Made by a program: the position numbers and the translations under genes
In this document: positions 25,770 through 36,296 of the stretch, in pieces
How the letters are laid out: every line of letters starts with the position of its first letter
Numbering within the stretch: position 1 is the stretch's first letter
Origin: an uncultured Acidimicrobiaceae bacterium
GTDB lineage: Bacteria > Actinomycetota > Acidimicrobiia > Acidimicrobiales > CADCSY01
Direction: 5' to 3'
Assembly: GCA_964349215.1 (NCBI GenBank)
Contig: CAYGGL010000001.1
Span: 4,942-49,448 of the forward strand
DNA: 44,507 bases
The notes under the pieces: model-generated
What the model saw: the letters and a program-made list of their open reading frames with translations, nothing else
Databases searched by the model: none
What the model was told of the DNA's origin: nothing

Positions 25770-25791
25770 TCACCGATAGCCTCGAAGTTTC

Positions 25792-28700
25792 GTGACATCA
25801 CTTAGATCTTTACCGCCGCTTCTTAGCGATGACCCCGCGCTGGTCGATGTTTTGGGGACTTCGCACGCAGTACTGGCAGTTCCAGAGCCGGCCCGAGCAA
25901 TCACGATTGCCGGAATTTCACATTTGTCACAGCGTCATCCCATCTTGGTGGCAGTTCCAACGACGGGTGAGGCGACACGGCTAGTCCATGATCTGAGCGA
26001 ATTTTTAGGACCTGAAGAGGTCGAGTTATTTCCAGCATGGGAGACCCTCCCCTTTGAGCGAGTGAGTCCCAGCGTCGAGGCTATGGGCAGGCGCCTTCGT
26101 ACGATGTGGCGATTGCGTAGGTCCGATGAACACGGCACTCGAGTGGTGGTGGCTCCCATCCGTGCGCTTGTGCAAAGGCTTGGACCTCATGTGGGTGACA
26201 TCGAGCCAATCATCATTCGCCCAGGTGACCGTGTTGATGCCACCGAGTTGGTGGCTGACCTGGTTGGCTGCGGGTACATGCGTGAATATCAGGTGGAACA
26301 CCGTGGTGAGGTGGCCGTACGTGGTTCGATCGTAGATATTTTTCCGTCGACGGCTGATGTTCCTATACGAGTTGACCTATGGGGAGACGAGGTCGACCGT
26401 CTTAGTGAGTTTTCGGTTAGCGATCAACGATCTCGTTGTGATTTAACCATTGCCGAGATTTTCCCTTGCCGAGAACTGTTGACCACCGATGAGGTGCGAG
26501 ATAACGCAGCTTCTTTGGCTGCCAAAGAACCTTGGGGCAAAGAGCAATGGGAGCGCTTATCTGAAGGGCAGTTATTTGAAGGCATGGAGTCTTGGTTGCC
26601 CTGGCTCACTGAAGACGAAGGTTTACTTGTAGATCTATTGCCCTCTGAGGCACAAGTGCTGTTGATCGACCCTCGCCGCATGCGAGATCGCGCCGGTGAT
26701 TTGTTGGCTGAAGAAGCCGATCTTGCAAACGCGTTGGCTCGCACTTGGGGAGTGGAAGATGCAAGCAACATGCCACGGTTGCATCTTCCTTTCGATCGTT
26801 TACTGGCTCACACAAAAGCTCCGGCATGGACCATCACGAGCGTGCCAGAAGGCCCAGATGTCCAAGTAATTCATGCGAGTGGTTTTGAATCAGGTGTTGG
26901 CGGTGGCGAACAACTCGTTTCTCAGCTCAAGGGTCTTTTGAACTCCGGGTATCGAGTTGTCATAGCAGCCGATGGTGCAGGCTCGGCTTCTCGAATGGCG
27001 ACAGCCTTGGGCGATGCCGGCGTTGGTCTTACGTTGCACGAGACGCTGAACGACACAGATAACTTGGTCGCCGACGCATTGACCAAGCCTGGTGGCCATG
27101 TAGTAGTAGCCCCGCTGGAGCGTGGCGTTGTGCTTCCCGAGATCAAGCTTGCAGTGTTGTCAGAAAGTGACGTAACCGGTAGACGCCGTTCTCACCGAAC
27201 GGCACGAGCTCGTCCAAAGCGTGAATCAGCTGGTTTTTTCGACACACTTCAATCTGGCGACTACGTGGTCCATATGCATCATGGAGTGGCTCGATACGGC
27301 GGAATGGTCAAGCGCCATATTGGAGGAGTCGACCGCGATTATTTGCTCTTGGAATACCGAGGCAACGACAAGCTTTATGTTCCTTCCGACCAAATCGATG
27401 CAGTGCGCCCCTATACGGGAAGCGACAGCCCGAGCCTGCACCGACTGGGTGGTTCGGAATGGCAGAAAGTTTCGAGCAGGGCCCGATCCGAGGCCCAAAA
27501 GATTGCACAAGAACTGGTCGTGCTGTATCAAAAGCGTATTCACAGTCCTGGCCATGCCTTTGCTCCTGACACTCCTTGGCAAAAGGAGATGGAGGATGCC
27601 TTTCCTTACCAAGAGACGCCCGACCAGCTTGTCGCAATCGAAGAGGTAAAGGCTGATATGGAAGAGCCGGTTCCAATGGATCGCCTCATTTGTGGAGACG
27701 TGGGTTTCGGCAAGACTGAAGTTGCATTGCGGGCAACCTTTAAGGCAGTACAAGATGGCAAGCAAGTTGCGGTTCTGGTGCCTACGACTCTGTTGGCACA
27801 ACAGCATGGCCAGACATTCAGCGATCGTTTTTCCGGCTACCCGGTGCGTGTTGAGGTACTGAGTCGTTTTCTTACAAATGCCCAGGCCCGCAAGGTGATC
27901 GATGGAGTTAAAGATGGAACCGTCGATGTGGTTATTGGTACCCATCGACTTTTGAGTGGCGACCTTTCGTTCAAACGTCTCGGATTGTTGATAGTTGACG
28001 AAGAGCAGAGATTTGGCGTGACCCACAAAGAGGCGATCAAACAGTTCAAGGCCGATGTCGATGTGTTGACACTTTCTGCGACGCCGATTCCTCGCACCTT
28101 GGAAATGAGCCTTACCGGTATTCGTGATCTCTCGCTTTTGAATACAGCGCCTGCCGATCGACAGCCCATCTTGACCTATGTCGGAGAACATGACGAGCGC
28201 GCTATAGCCGAGGCTTTGCGCCGAGAGCTGTTACGTGAGGGCCAGGTTTTCTTTGTTCATAACAGGGTTAAAGACATAGAAGATGTAGCAGCCGGCCTTC
28301 GTGAGATGGTTCCCGAAGCTCGCATCTGTGTGGCTCACGGGCAAATGGACGAGGGAACTCTCGAACAGGTAGTTATTGATTTTTGGGAAGGTCGCTACGA
28401 CGTTTTGGTATGCACGACGATCATCGAATCAGGTATTGACATGCCGACTGTTAACACCTTGGTTGTAGACCGCGCCGATCGTCTTGGGCTGGGCCAGCTT
28501 CATCAGTTAAGGGGCAGAGTCGGACGAGCGGGTAGCCGGGCCTATGCCTATCTATTTCATCCTCGTGACAAGGCATTGACCGATGAGGCCTATGAACGCC
28601 TCAAGACAATTGGTGAAGCCACCGAACTTGGGTCAGGGTTCCGTATTGCGATGCGAGATCTTGAGATTCGTGGTGCCGGCAATCTTTTGGGTGAGAGCCA

Positions 28701-29259
28701 GACCGGTCATATCTCAGCTGTTGGCTACGACCTTTACATGCAAATGGTCAGCGAAGCGGTGTCTGAACTCAAAGGCGAGGCTGTAAAAGAGCCGGCTGAA
28801 GTCAAGCTGGAGTTGCCGGTAGACGCTTTCTTGCCCTCTGATTATGTATCGAGAGAAGAACAAAGACTTGAGGCCTATAGGCGTTTGGCAACCGTTGTCT
28901 CATTATCTGAAGTAGATGACATTGCCGAAGAGTGGAAAGACCGTTATGGCCCAATTCCTCCACCTGGCGAAGCGCTCTTAACTGTGGCTCGTTTGCGGGC
29001 CGAATGTCATCGAAGCGGGGTACGAGAAGTGACAGTTACACCAAATCGCACTTCACCGGGTCTTATAGCCCGACTGGGCCCACTTGTTTTGAAGTCCAGT
29101 GCCACAATTCGATTGCGGCGTCTCGCAAGAGATGCTCGCTATAACGAAGAGGCTGCTCAGCTGGTAATTCCATTGCAAAAGAATGACGACGTGGCCCAGG
29201 TTCTAACAAAATTATTGGGTGAGCTGGTCCCTTTTGACCAGGAATCTGTAGCATCCTGA
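25792..29259 (+). CDS. mfd: Transcription-repair coupling factor
   Basis: 1155 aa. CarD-like YVVHMHHGVARY, helicase motifs GDVGFGKTEVA, VDEEQRFG and LSATPIPRT, and a TRG region. Confidence 0.97.
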   Translation: MTSLRSLPPLLSDDPALVDVLGTSHAVLAVPEPARAITIAGISHLSQRHPILVAVPTTGEATRLVHDLSEFLGPEEVELFPAWETLPFERVSPSVEAMGRRLRTMWRLRRSDEHGTRVVVAPIRALVQRLGPHVGDIEPIIIRPGDRVDATELVADLVGCGYMREYQVEHRGEVAVRGSIVDIFPSTADVPIRVDLWGDEVDRLSEFSVSDQRSRCDLTIAEIFPCRELLTTDEVRDNAASLAAKEPWGKEQWERLSEGQLFEGMESWLPWLTEDEGLLVDLLPSEAQVLLIDPRRMRDRAGDLLAEEADLANALARTWGVEDASNMPRLHLPFDRLLAHTKAPAWTITSVPEGPDVQVIHASGFESGVGGGEQLVSQLKGLLNSGYRVVIAADGAGSASRMATALGDAGVGLTLHETLNDTDNLVADALTKPGGHVVVAPLERGVVLPEIKLAVLSESDVTGRRRSHRTARARPKRESAGFFDTLQSGDYVVHMHHGVARYGGMVKRHIGGVDRDYLLLEYRGNDKLYVPSDQIDAVRPYTGSDSPSLHRLGGSEWQKVSSRARSEAQKIAQELVVLYQKRIHSPGHAFAPDTPWQKEMEDAFPYQETPDQLVAIEEVKADMEEPVPMDRLICGDVGFGKTEVALRATFKAVQDGKQVAVLVPTTLLAQQHGQTFSDRFSGYPVRVEVLSRFLTNAQARKVIDGVKDGTVDVVIGTHRLLSGDLSFKRLGLLIVDEEQRFGVTHKEAIKQFKADVDVLTLSATPIPRTLEMSLTGIRDLSLLNTAPADRQPILTYVGEHDERAIAEALRRELLREGQVFFVHNRVKDIEDVAAGLREMVPEARICVAHGQMDEGTLEQVVIDFWEGRYDVLVCTTIIESGIDMPTVNTLVVDRADRLGLGQLHQLRGRVGRAGSRAYAYLFHPRDKALTDEAYERLKTIGEATELGSGFRIAMRDLEIRGAGNLLGESQTGHISAVGYDLYMQMVSEAVSELKGEAVKEPAEVKLELPVDAFLPSDYVSREEQRLEAYRRLATVVSLSEVDDIAEEWKDRYGPIPPPGEALLTVARLRAECHRSGVREVTVTPNRTSPGLIARLGPLVLKSSATIRLRRLARDARYNEEAAQLVIPLQKNDDVAQVLTKLLGELVPFDQESVAS

Positions 29260-29263
29260 ACTC

Positions 29264-30376
29264 GTGAACATCTTTCGCTCAAAGCCAATAGTTATTGCCG
29301 CCCTCCTGGCAGTTGTTTCTGTGAGTGGATGCAGCCTCTTATCCAACTCGCCTGCAGCGACTGTCAACGGCGTCGAGATCAGTGACGGGTCCCTTCAAGA
29401 CGAGCTGTCAGCCATACGTGACAACAAGTCTTATAGAGATCTTGTTGAACAGGGCATGCAGGCTGCCCAGACAGGCGAATCAGTCGGTTCGTTCGACACA
29501 ACCTTTATTGCTCGACTCTTGACGCAGCGGGTCTATTACGAACTCATCAAGAAAGAACTTGAGCGTCGCAAGGTAAAGATCACCGACGCCGATCTCACTC
29601 CGTTGCGTGAAGGGGTCATTCAACAAGTTGGTGGTAAGCCAGTATTCGACAAGTTCTCTAAGGGCTATCAAGACCAGCTGGTACTTCAGCGAGCACTCTT
29701 TAAGAAACTCAACGACACGTTGGCAAATGAACTTGGAGCAGGTAAGCCCGAGACTTATTTCAAAGAACATGCTGATGAATTTGTGCAAGGTTGCGCCAGT
29801 CACATTCTCATCAGCACCCAGGACAAAGATCCAGAGGCAGCTAGAGCTGAAGCAACTGAGGTAAAGGCTCGTCTCGACAAAGGTGCCGATTTTGCGACGG
29901 TTGCCAAAGAGGTTTCAGATGATCCTGGTTCTGGACAACAAGGTGGAGACCTCGGTTGTGTTGGTAAGGGTCAATTCGTTCCTGAATTTGAAGAGGCATT
30001 GTTCACTTTGCCGATTGGAGAATTGAGTGGACTGGTGGAATCACAATTTGGCTTCCATCTGATCATCGTTAAGGAGCGTAAAACTCCTACATACGAAGAA
30101 GCTAAAGCCGAGGTAGAAGCAGCTTTAGGAAGGCTGGCGTCGATGGAGCTGGAGAAGTTCCTTGTCAAGGCTTCTGGAGATGCCAAGGTGAGCGTTGATA
30201 AGCGTTATGGAACGTGGGTAATCCAAAAGGGTGCAACAGACGGAACCCCTGATGGTGTTGGAATTATCGTGCCACCCAAGGGTCCGACAACCACAACAAC
30301 AACGGCTAAGCCAGGTACGGAGGTCGTGCCTCCTGGAGCTGGAGTTCCTGAAACCTCGCCTTCTCCAAGCCCTTAA
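29264..30376 (+). CDS. Parvulin-type peptidyl-prolyl isomerase lipoprotein (PrsA/SurA-like)
   Basis: Lipobox VSVSGCS. Parvulin domain ASHILI...GGDLGCVGKGQFVPEFEEA...SQFGFHLIIV. Thr/Pro-rich tail. Confidence 0.85.
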   Translation: MNIFRSKPIVIAALLAVVSVSGCSLLSNSPAATVNGVEISDGSLQDELSAIRDNKSYRDLVEQGMQAAQTGESVGSFDTTFIARLLTQRVYYELIKKELERRKVKITDADLTPLREGVIQQVGGKPVFDKFSKGYQDQLVLQRALFKKLNDTLANELGAGKPETYFKEHADEFVQGCASHILISTQDKDPEAARAEATEVKARLDKGADFATVAKEVSDDPGSGQQGGDLGCVGKGQFVPEFEEALFTLPIGELSGLVESQFGFHLIIVKERKTPTYEEAKAEVEAALGRLASMELEKFLVKASGDAKVSVDKRYGTWVIQKGATDGTPDGVGIIVPPKGPTTTTTTAKPGTEVVPPGAGVPETSPSPSP

Positions 30377-31698
30377 TGGCCCAACCACTAGTTAATGTCA
30401 TTGGGCTGGGGCCTGCAGGGCCTGAGTTGGTGACCGAAGCTGCTTTGGGCATCATCGGTGAATCAAAGGCTTCCTTTATTCGCACAACGCGTCATCCTGC
30501 TGCTTCGGTCATGACTGATGCAACCAGTTTCGATTACCTGTATGAGGGTGCATCAACACTTGAAGAGGTTTATTCGGCAATAGTCGAAGAACTCATTGCG
30601 GCGGCTATCAAATTTGGTGAGGTTGTCTATGCAGTGCCTGGTTCGCCCCGTGTTGGCGAGCGCAGCGTTGACTTATTACTCAGCGATACTCGGGTGTTGG
30701 AAGGAATACTCGATGTTGTTGTAACCCCGGCATTGTCATTTCTTGACTTGGCCTGGGTGCGCCTCGGGATAGACCCCCTGGTGGAGGGAGTACGTGTTGT
30801 AGATGGCCATCGTTTTATGGTCCAATCTGCAGGACAGAGGGGCCCTCTGCTGGTTGCTCAATGTGATAGCCCAATTGTTTTGTCAGATATCAAGCTCGCG
30901 GTAGGCGACGAGACGCCCGAGTCTGTTGTGGTGCTGAGTCGACTTGGCACTGCAGATGAATCAGTTTCTGAAATCACCTGGACCGAGCTTGACCGAATCG
31001 AGGCCGACCATCTCACATCGCTATATATACCCGAACTCACAGCCCCAGTGGCTGCCGAGTTGGTCGATCTCATCGATCTGGTTCGTACCTTGCGTGAACA
31101 ATGTCCGTGGGATCGCGAACAGACTCACCAAAGTCTTACCCGCTATCTGCTCGAAGAGACCTATGAACTGCTTGAGGCAATTGATTCTCTCGATGAGAGC
31201 GCCGGCGAAGGTTACGAACACCTCGAAGAAGAGTTGGGTGACGTTTTATTCCAGGTTCTGTTTCACGCTGCTCTTGGCGCCGAAGCAGGCCAGTTCACCA
31301 TTGCTGATGTCGCACATACCGTGAATGAGAAGCTGACTCGTCGACATCCTCATGTCTTTGCGGGGCTGGAAGTGGCCGACACCGACGAAATCGCACGTAA
31401 CTGGGAACAAATCAAGCGAGAAGAAAAGGGGCGCTCCAGCGTGATGGAGGGCATTCCGGGAAACCTGCCTTCATTGCTTTATGCCCACAAGGTGCAGCGC
31501 AAGGCTTCGAGTATAGGCGTTGAGGTCGAAGTTAAACAGACAAGTGATACCGCCGCCCTCGTTGATGACGAATCTATTGGAAGCGCCCTTTTCGCCTTGG
31601 TTGCAGCTGCTCGGCGGGCCAAGGTTGACCCTGAGTCGGCCCTGAGGGCTACGGCAGCTCGATTCAGGGCTGAAGTAGAAGGTCTTGAGCGTAATTAA
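30376..31698 (+). CDS. mazG: MazG nucleoside-triphosphate pyrophosphohydrolase with an N-terminal tetrapyrrole-methylase-like domain (YabN architecture)
   Basis: N-terminal: VNVIGLGPAGPELVT. C-terminal MazG motifs: EETYELLEAI, EELGDVLFQV, RRHPHVF. Confidence 0.88.
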   Translation: MAQPLVNVIGLGPAGPELVTEAALGIIGESKASFIRTTRHPAASVMTDATSFDYLYEGASTLEEVYSAIVEELIAAAIKFGEVVYAVPGSPRVGERSVDLLLSDTRVLEGILDVVVTPALSFLDLAWVRLGIDPLVEGVRVVDGHRFMVQSAGQRGPLLVAQCDSPIVLSDIKLAVGDETPESVVVLSRLGTADESVSEITWTELDRIEADHLTSLYIPELTAPVAAELVDLIDLVRTLREQCPWDREQTHQSLTRYLLEETYELLEAIDSLDESAGEGYEHLEEELGDVLFQVLFHAALGAEAGQFTIADVAHTVNEKLTRRHPHVFAGLEVADTDEIARNWEQIKREEKGRSSVMEGIPGNLPSLLYAHKVQRKASSIGVEVEVKQTSDTAALVDDESIGSALFALVAAARRAKVDPESALRATAARFRAEVEGLERN

Positions 31699-31720
31699 CA
31701 CTTTTCTTAATTAACACTTT
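31692..31720 (+). repeat. Direct repeat TAATTAACACTTT x2 (period 16) overlapping the mazG stop, upstream of eno
   Basis: Read directly: copies at 31692-31704 and 31708-31720. It is followed by a ~48 nt C/A-rich, G-poor leader. Confidence 0.5.
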
Positions 31721-31771
31721 CAACATCAGCAACAATGAGTAACATAAACAACAATCACAACAGCCATCTAG

Positions 31772-33067
<1,296 letters not shown>

Positions 33068-33069
33068 GA

Positions 33070-33453
33070 ATGAAGCGTGGCGCCCGGTTTCGTTTGTGGC
33101 TGTGCTCAGCTGGGTTGCTGGTTGCATTTGCTTACTTCACGGGCGTATCTCCGGCTCGGACCTATCTGGCTCAGCGCGCATCGTTGGCCAAGGCAGATAA
33201 GAATCTCGAGATGTTGAGCGAGCAGAATGATCTGCTTGAAAAACGCGTTGAGCTTTTACGCAGCGATGCCGAAATCGAACGTCTCGCTCGAGAGCGTTAC
33301 AACCTCGTTCGCCCCGGGGAAGAGGCTTACGCAGTCACGCCACCGCCAGAGTCGCTGCCTCCACCGACCACCCTTGCTCCAAAGCAAGACAAGTCTCCAG
33401 ATGATGGCAACTTCTTCCAGCAAGTCTGGAAAAGCCTCACCGGCTGGTGGTGA
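33070..33453 (+). CDS. ftsB: FtsB/DivIC-family septum formation initiator
   Basis: One TM helix, then a coiled coil (NLEMLSEQNDLLEKRVELL) and IERLARERYNLVRPGE. Trimmed to ATG 33070, since the track ORF overlaps eno. Confidence 0.75.
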   Translation: MKRGARFRLWLCSAGLLVAFAYFTGVSPARTYLAQRASLAKADKNLEMLSEQNDLLEKRVELLRSDAEIERLARERYNLVRPGEEAYAVTPPPESLPPPTTLAPKQDKSPDDGNFFQQVWKSLTGWW

Positions 33454-33547
33454 AGTACATATAAATTTTGCAATTCCGCGCTTTGAGAAGCGTTAGTAAC
33501 TAGCCTTTCGGAGGCTCCACATAAGTTGGCAGCACAAAGGAGGCTTT

Positions 33548-35461
33548 ATGAAACGCTCGAATCGCGCAATCGCAGTTGTGGTTGGCTTGTTGATGGTCAC
33601 TACGGCTTGCGGTGGTGGTGACAGTAAGAAGAGTTCATCAGGTGACAAGGCCGGATCCACTGCTGCCGCCAAGGGGGGTACTGCTACGGCTCAGGCGCTG
33701 TTTTACCAAGATACTCCTGAGGGTGGTAAGGGTGGTTTCAGCGAGGTGCGAGTTCGTATGGCCTCATCTGATGAAAAGACCTTGCGTGTAGGCTTTACCG
33801 AAGACGAAGTTGCGGGTACGGGTGACCAATGGCGAGCGGCAGGGTGGTCTGCCACGACAGTGGCCACGTTGCTTACCGGTGCTGCCTTAACTGGTCGCGA
33901 AGTCACCTTTGATGTGTCCGGTCGTATTGATGGTCCGAGCGCAGGGGCTCTGATGACAGTTTCAGTGTTGGCCCTGATACGCGGCGATAAGTTGAAGACC
34001 GATATCACAATGACGGGAACGATCAACCCCGATGGAACGATTGGTCCGGTCGGTGGTATTCCACTCAAGCTCGACGGCGCTATAGCTGCCAAGAAGAAGC
34101 GCATGCTGGTACCTGTCGGACAGCGCAACAGTACCCATCCGGGAACCGGTGAGATGGTAGATGTTGTTGTTGCCGGACGTAAGAAGGGCATCGAGGTAAT
34201 CGAAGTAGATAATATCTATGAGGTCTACAAAGCCTTTACCGGTAAGACGTTGCCCCGTCCTGTGCCTGGCGAAGATGTAACGCTCAATGAAAAGTCCTAC
34301 AAACGTTTAGAGGCCAAGACCAATACGTGGCTGGCTGAGTACCAAGCGGCAGCAAGTTCGTGGGCAAGTCTTCCCCCTGAGCTTCAAGCCGAACTCGATT
34401 TGACCGATGCCCAAGAGACGGCCGATCGAGCGGGCAGGCTTTCTCAACAAGGACTACAAGCCGGTGCCTATTCGGCAGCAATCGAAGCTGCAGCTCTCGC
34501 TAATGCATTAGTCAAGGTCGGCGAAGGTCTTACGTCATATTTAACCGGTGGGGCAGCTGCTTTCTTGGCCAAGATTGAAGCCAGCCAATCGATCACCGGC
34601 AAGGTGAACGCTCTTGTTGACTCGCTACAGACCTTTGACCCCGAGACAGTAGGTGATGCTGCTGCGTTGATTGATGCATATACAGCAGCCATTGACGCAG
34701 TAAGTCTTGCGAGCTTTGCAGAAGGTCAGCTCAACATTGATGGCCTAGGCGAAGAAGAGGCTCTAAGTCAGTTGAGTATCGCTGCATTGTTCTACGAGAT
34801 CGCCGGCAGCATGGTCGAGGCAGCAGGTGACTCGGTAGAAATCGGACGGGGATTGGGTGGGGTTAAGTTGGCCAAAGACCTGAACCTTGATTCAGTTGCT
34901 GATTTCTTCAGGAAGTCGGGTGAGGCAAACCTCGCTGCATTCGACACAGTGGTGCTCGGCCCAGCAGCGAGTTCTCAGGGCGTCAGTATCGACATCATGA
35001 AAAATGCATTTGCCAATAAAGATATTGAATACGCACTAGCTCTTTCAGGATCTGGGGTCATGGCGAATCTGGAGGAGTATTTCGGCGACCTCGATACCAG
35101 CGCTTTTGCTTCCCTCGGAGGGGCTCTGGCGCTTTATGGCCGAACAAGTGGTCTGATGGCTCGTTATTACTCGCTCGGAGAACTTACCGACGAAGCGGGC
35201 AACGTCGTCGGTGTCGAGAACGAGAAGGCATTGACAGCGTCGCTTGAGCTTGCTCAAGACCAGCTTGGACGCAGCATCACACTGTTGCGTTCGAAGAAAG
35301 TGGAGCCGGTTCCAGTTGTTGGTGCCTATGAAGTCGGAGGCATTGATCGAGAAGGTGATACCGAAGACAAGCTCTCTGCACTTGTGAGTTATTGGAACGG
35401 TTTTGTCGGTAGCCGCATTTTGACCTATCTCGGAGGTTTCTCCACAGCAGGGTTGAAGTAA
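33548..35461 (+). CDS. Secreted lipoprotein with a Lon-like S16 peptidase domain and a ~400 aa Ala-rich helical C-terminal domain
   Basis: Lipobox VTTACGG. RIDGPSAGALMTVSVLAL (catalytic Ser context), ITMTGTINPDGTIGPVGGIPLKLDGA (Lys context). No AAA+, PDZ or further TM segment seen. AAAGGAGG Shine-Dalgarno. Confidence 0.75.
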   Translation: MKRSNRAIAVVVGLLMVTTACGGGDSKKSSSGDKAGSTAAAKGGTATAQALFYQDTPEGGKGGFSEVRVRMASSDEKTLRVGFTEDEVAGTGDQWRAAGWSATTVATLLTGAALTGREVTFDVSGRIDGPSAGALMTVSVLALIRGDKLKTDITMTGTINPDGTIGPVGGIPLKLDGAIAAKKKRMLVPVGQRNSTHPGTGEMVDVVVAGRKKGIEVIEVDNIYEVYKAFTGKTLPRPVPGEDVTLNEKSYKRLEAKTNTWLAEYQAAASSWASLPPELQAELDLTDAQETADRAGRLSQQGLQAGAYSAAIEAAALANALVKVGEGLTSYLTGGAAAFLAKIEASQSITGKVNALVDSLQTFDPETVGDAAALIDAYTAAIDAVSLASFAEGQLNIDGLGEEEALSQLSIAALFYEIAGSMVEAAGDSVEIGRGLGGVKLAKDLNLDSVADFFRKSGEANLAAFDTVVLGPAASSQGVSIDIMKNAFANKDIEYALALSGSGVMANLEEYFGDLDTSAFASLGGALALYGRTSGLMARYYSLGELTDEAGNVVGVENEKALTASLELAQDQLGRSITLLRSKKVEPVPVVGAYEVGGIDREGDTEDKLSALVSYWNGFVGSRILTYLGGFSTAGLK

Positions 35462-35490
35462 AGAGCTTGAATTAAAAGACTCAACAAAGA

Positions 35491-35527
35491 ACGGGCGGAG
35501 TCATGCGACTCTGCCCGTTTCTTTTAT
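35491..35527. terminator. Bidirectional intrinsic terminator between the convergent Lon-like and vapC genes
   Basis: ACGGGCGGAGTC-ATGC-GACTCTGCCCGT is a 12-bp stem with one G:U pair. TTCTTTTATT follows on the plus strand, and TCTTTGTTG follows on the minus strand. Confidence 0.75.
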
Positions 35528-35928
35528 TCGGGTACGGTGACCGGAAATCCTAGGTCTGTGGCCGCAGCGCTCAACTCAGTGTCGTAGGTGACGAAGTCGG
35601 ACAGCTCGGTGCGGAACGGGTCAGCTGTTGCCAGGTGGATCGCATCGAGCGATCCGAGTTTGGCTAACTGATAGGAGCGTGCACGGTCCAACACGGTGCT
35701 CGAAAGGTCAACGATATAAACACCCCTTACGGCTTGCCCTACGAAATACGGAACCCGTGTGTGGTCGACGCCTCCTCTTAGTAGGGCCCGGGTGATCTCC
35801 AGCAAGGCCAGTTCGCTGGAGATTAACTCGGCGTCATCGGGTAGTGCCTCTCGCCAGCTGCGCAGTGCCTCGGTTTGTTTCTCGGGCTTGATGAACTTCA
35901 CCAATGCACAAGCGTCAAGGTAGATCAC
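35524..35928 (-). CDS. vapC: Type II toxin VapC (PIN-domain ribonuclease)
   Basis: MIYLDACALV (Asp5), SSELALLEITRAL, LDAIHLATA. 134 aa. There is a 4-nt overlap with the antitoxin gene. Confidence 0.85.
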   Translation of the reverse strand: MIYLDACALVKFIKPEKQTEALRSWREALPDDAELISSELALLEITRALLRGGVDHTRVPYFVGQAVRGVYIVDLSSTVLDRARSYQLAKLGSLDAIHLATADPFRTELSDFVTYDTELSAAATDLGFPVTVPE

Positions 35929-36206
35929 CGCTTGCGCTCTTTGTCGCGATCCGCGATCACCAAATCAGACAAGCTTTCTACTTCATGAGCCAGGTCGGTG
36001 ATGAGGTCGGGCATGCCCCGCTCAGCAGGCGGCCGGACAGCGCCGTTGCTTATCATGCGCTTGAGCGTGCTTGGGTCTTCAATTTCGGGCACCATCCTCA
36101 ACACGGGTCGGCCACGATCAGTCACGACAATCGACTCACCCGCTCGTACTCGAGCGACGGCCTTGGACGGGTTCTGGTTCAACTCTCTTAAGCCGATGGT
36201 CTCCAT
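35925..36206 (-). CDS. vapB: Type II antitoxin, Phd/YefM-like N-terminal domain (VapB partner)
   Basis: METIGLRELNQNPSKAVARVRAGESIVVTDRGRPVLRMVP. ATG at 36206 is preferred over the track start at 36266. Confidence 0.8.
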   Translation of the reverse strand: METIGLRELNQNPSKAVARVRAGESIVVTDRGRPVLRMVPEIEDPSTLKRMISNGAVRPPAERGMPDLITDLAHEVESLSDLVIADRDKERKR

Positions 36207-36216
36207 CCCCTGAATG

Positions 36217-36235
36217 TACCTACAAAAAGTAGGTA
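36217..36235. promoter_or_regulatory. Palindrome TACCTAC-AAAAA-GTAGGTA; candidate VapB/VapBC operator
   Basis: Read directly. It lies 11 nt upstream of the vapB ATG, within the divergent vapB/coxL intergenic region. Confidence 0.45.
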
Positions 36236-36284
36236 TCACAACCAATCGATTATGTTTCGCCGACATTGGGCGTATCTAAGCCGG

Positions 36285-36290
36285 TAGTGT
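36285..36290 (+). promoter_or_regulatory. Candidate -10 hexamer TAGTGT placed 6 nt before the coxL-like ATG (leaderless geometry)
   Basis: TANNNT match, preceded by CGG as in the bL37 and bS22 upstream motifs. No Shine-Dalgarno. Confidence 0.3.
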
Positions 36291-36296
36291 GCGCTC

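Noticed and set aside
27226-28191. A 321-aa minus-strand ORF, plus many other antisense ORFs (for example 24541..25107, 12752..13219, 33703..34191, 7397..7819).
   Set aside because: They lie entirely antisense to CDSs with strong family motifs (mfd, rplY, the ABC ATPase, the Lon-like gene, the GT2-deacetylase). Their composition is skewed (Arg/Ser/Pro-rich) and they have no motifs. This is typical of shadow ORFs in GC-balanced or GC-rich DNA.
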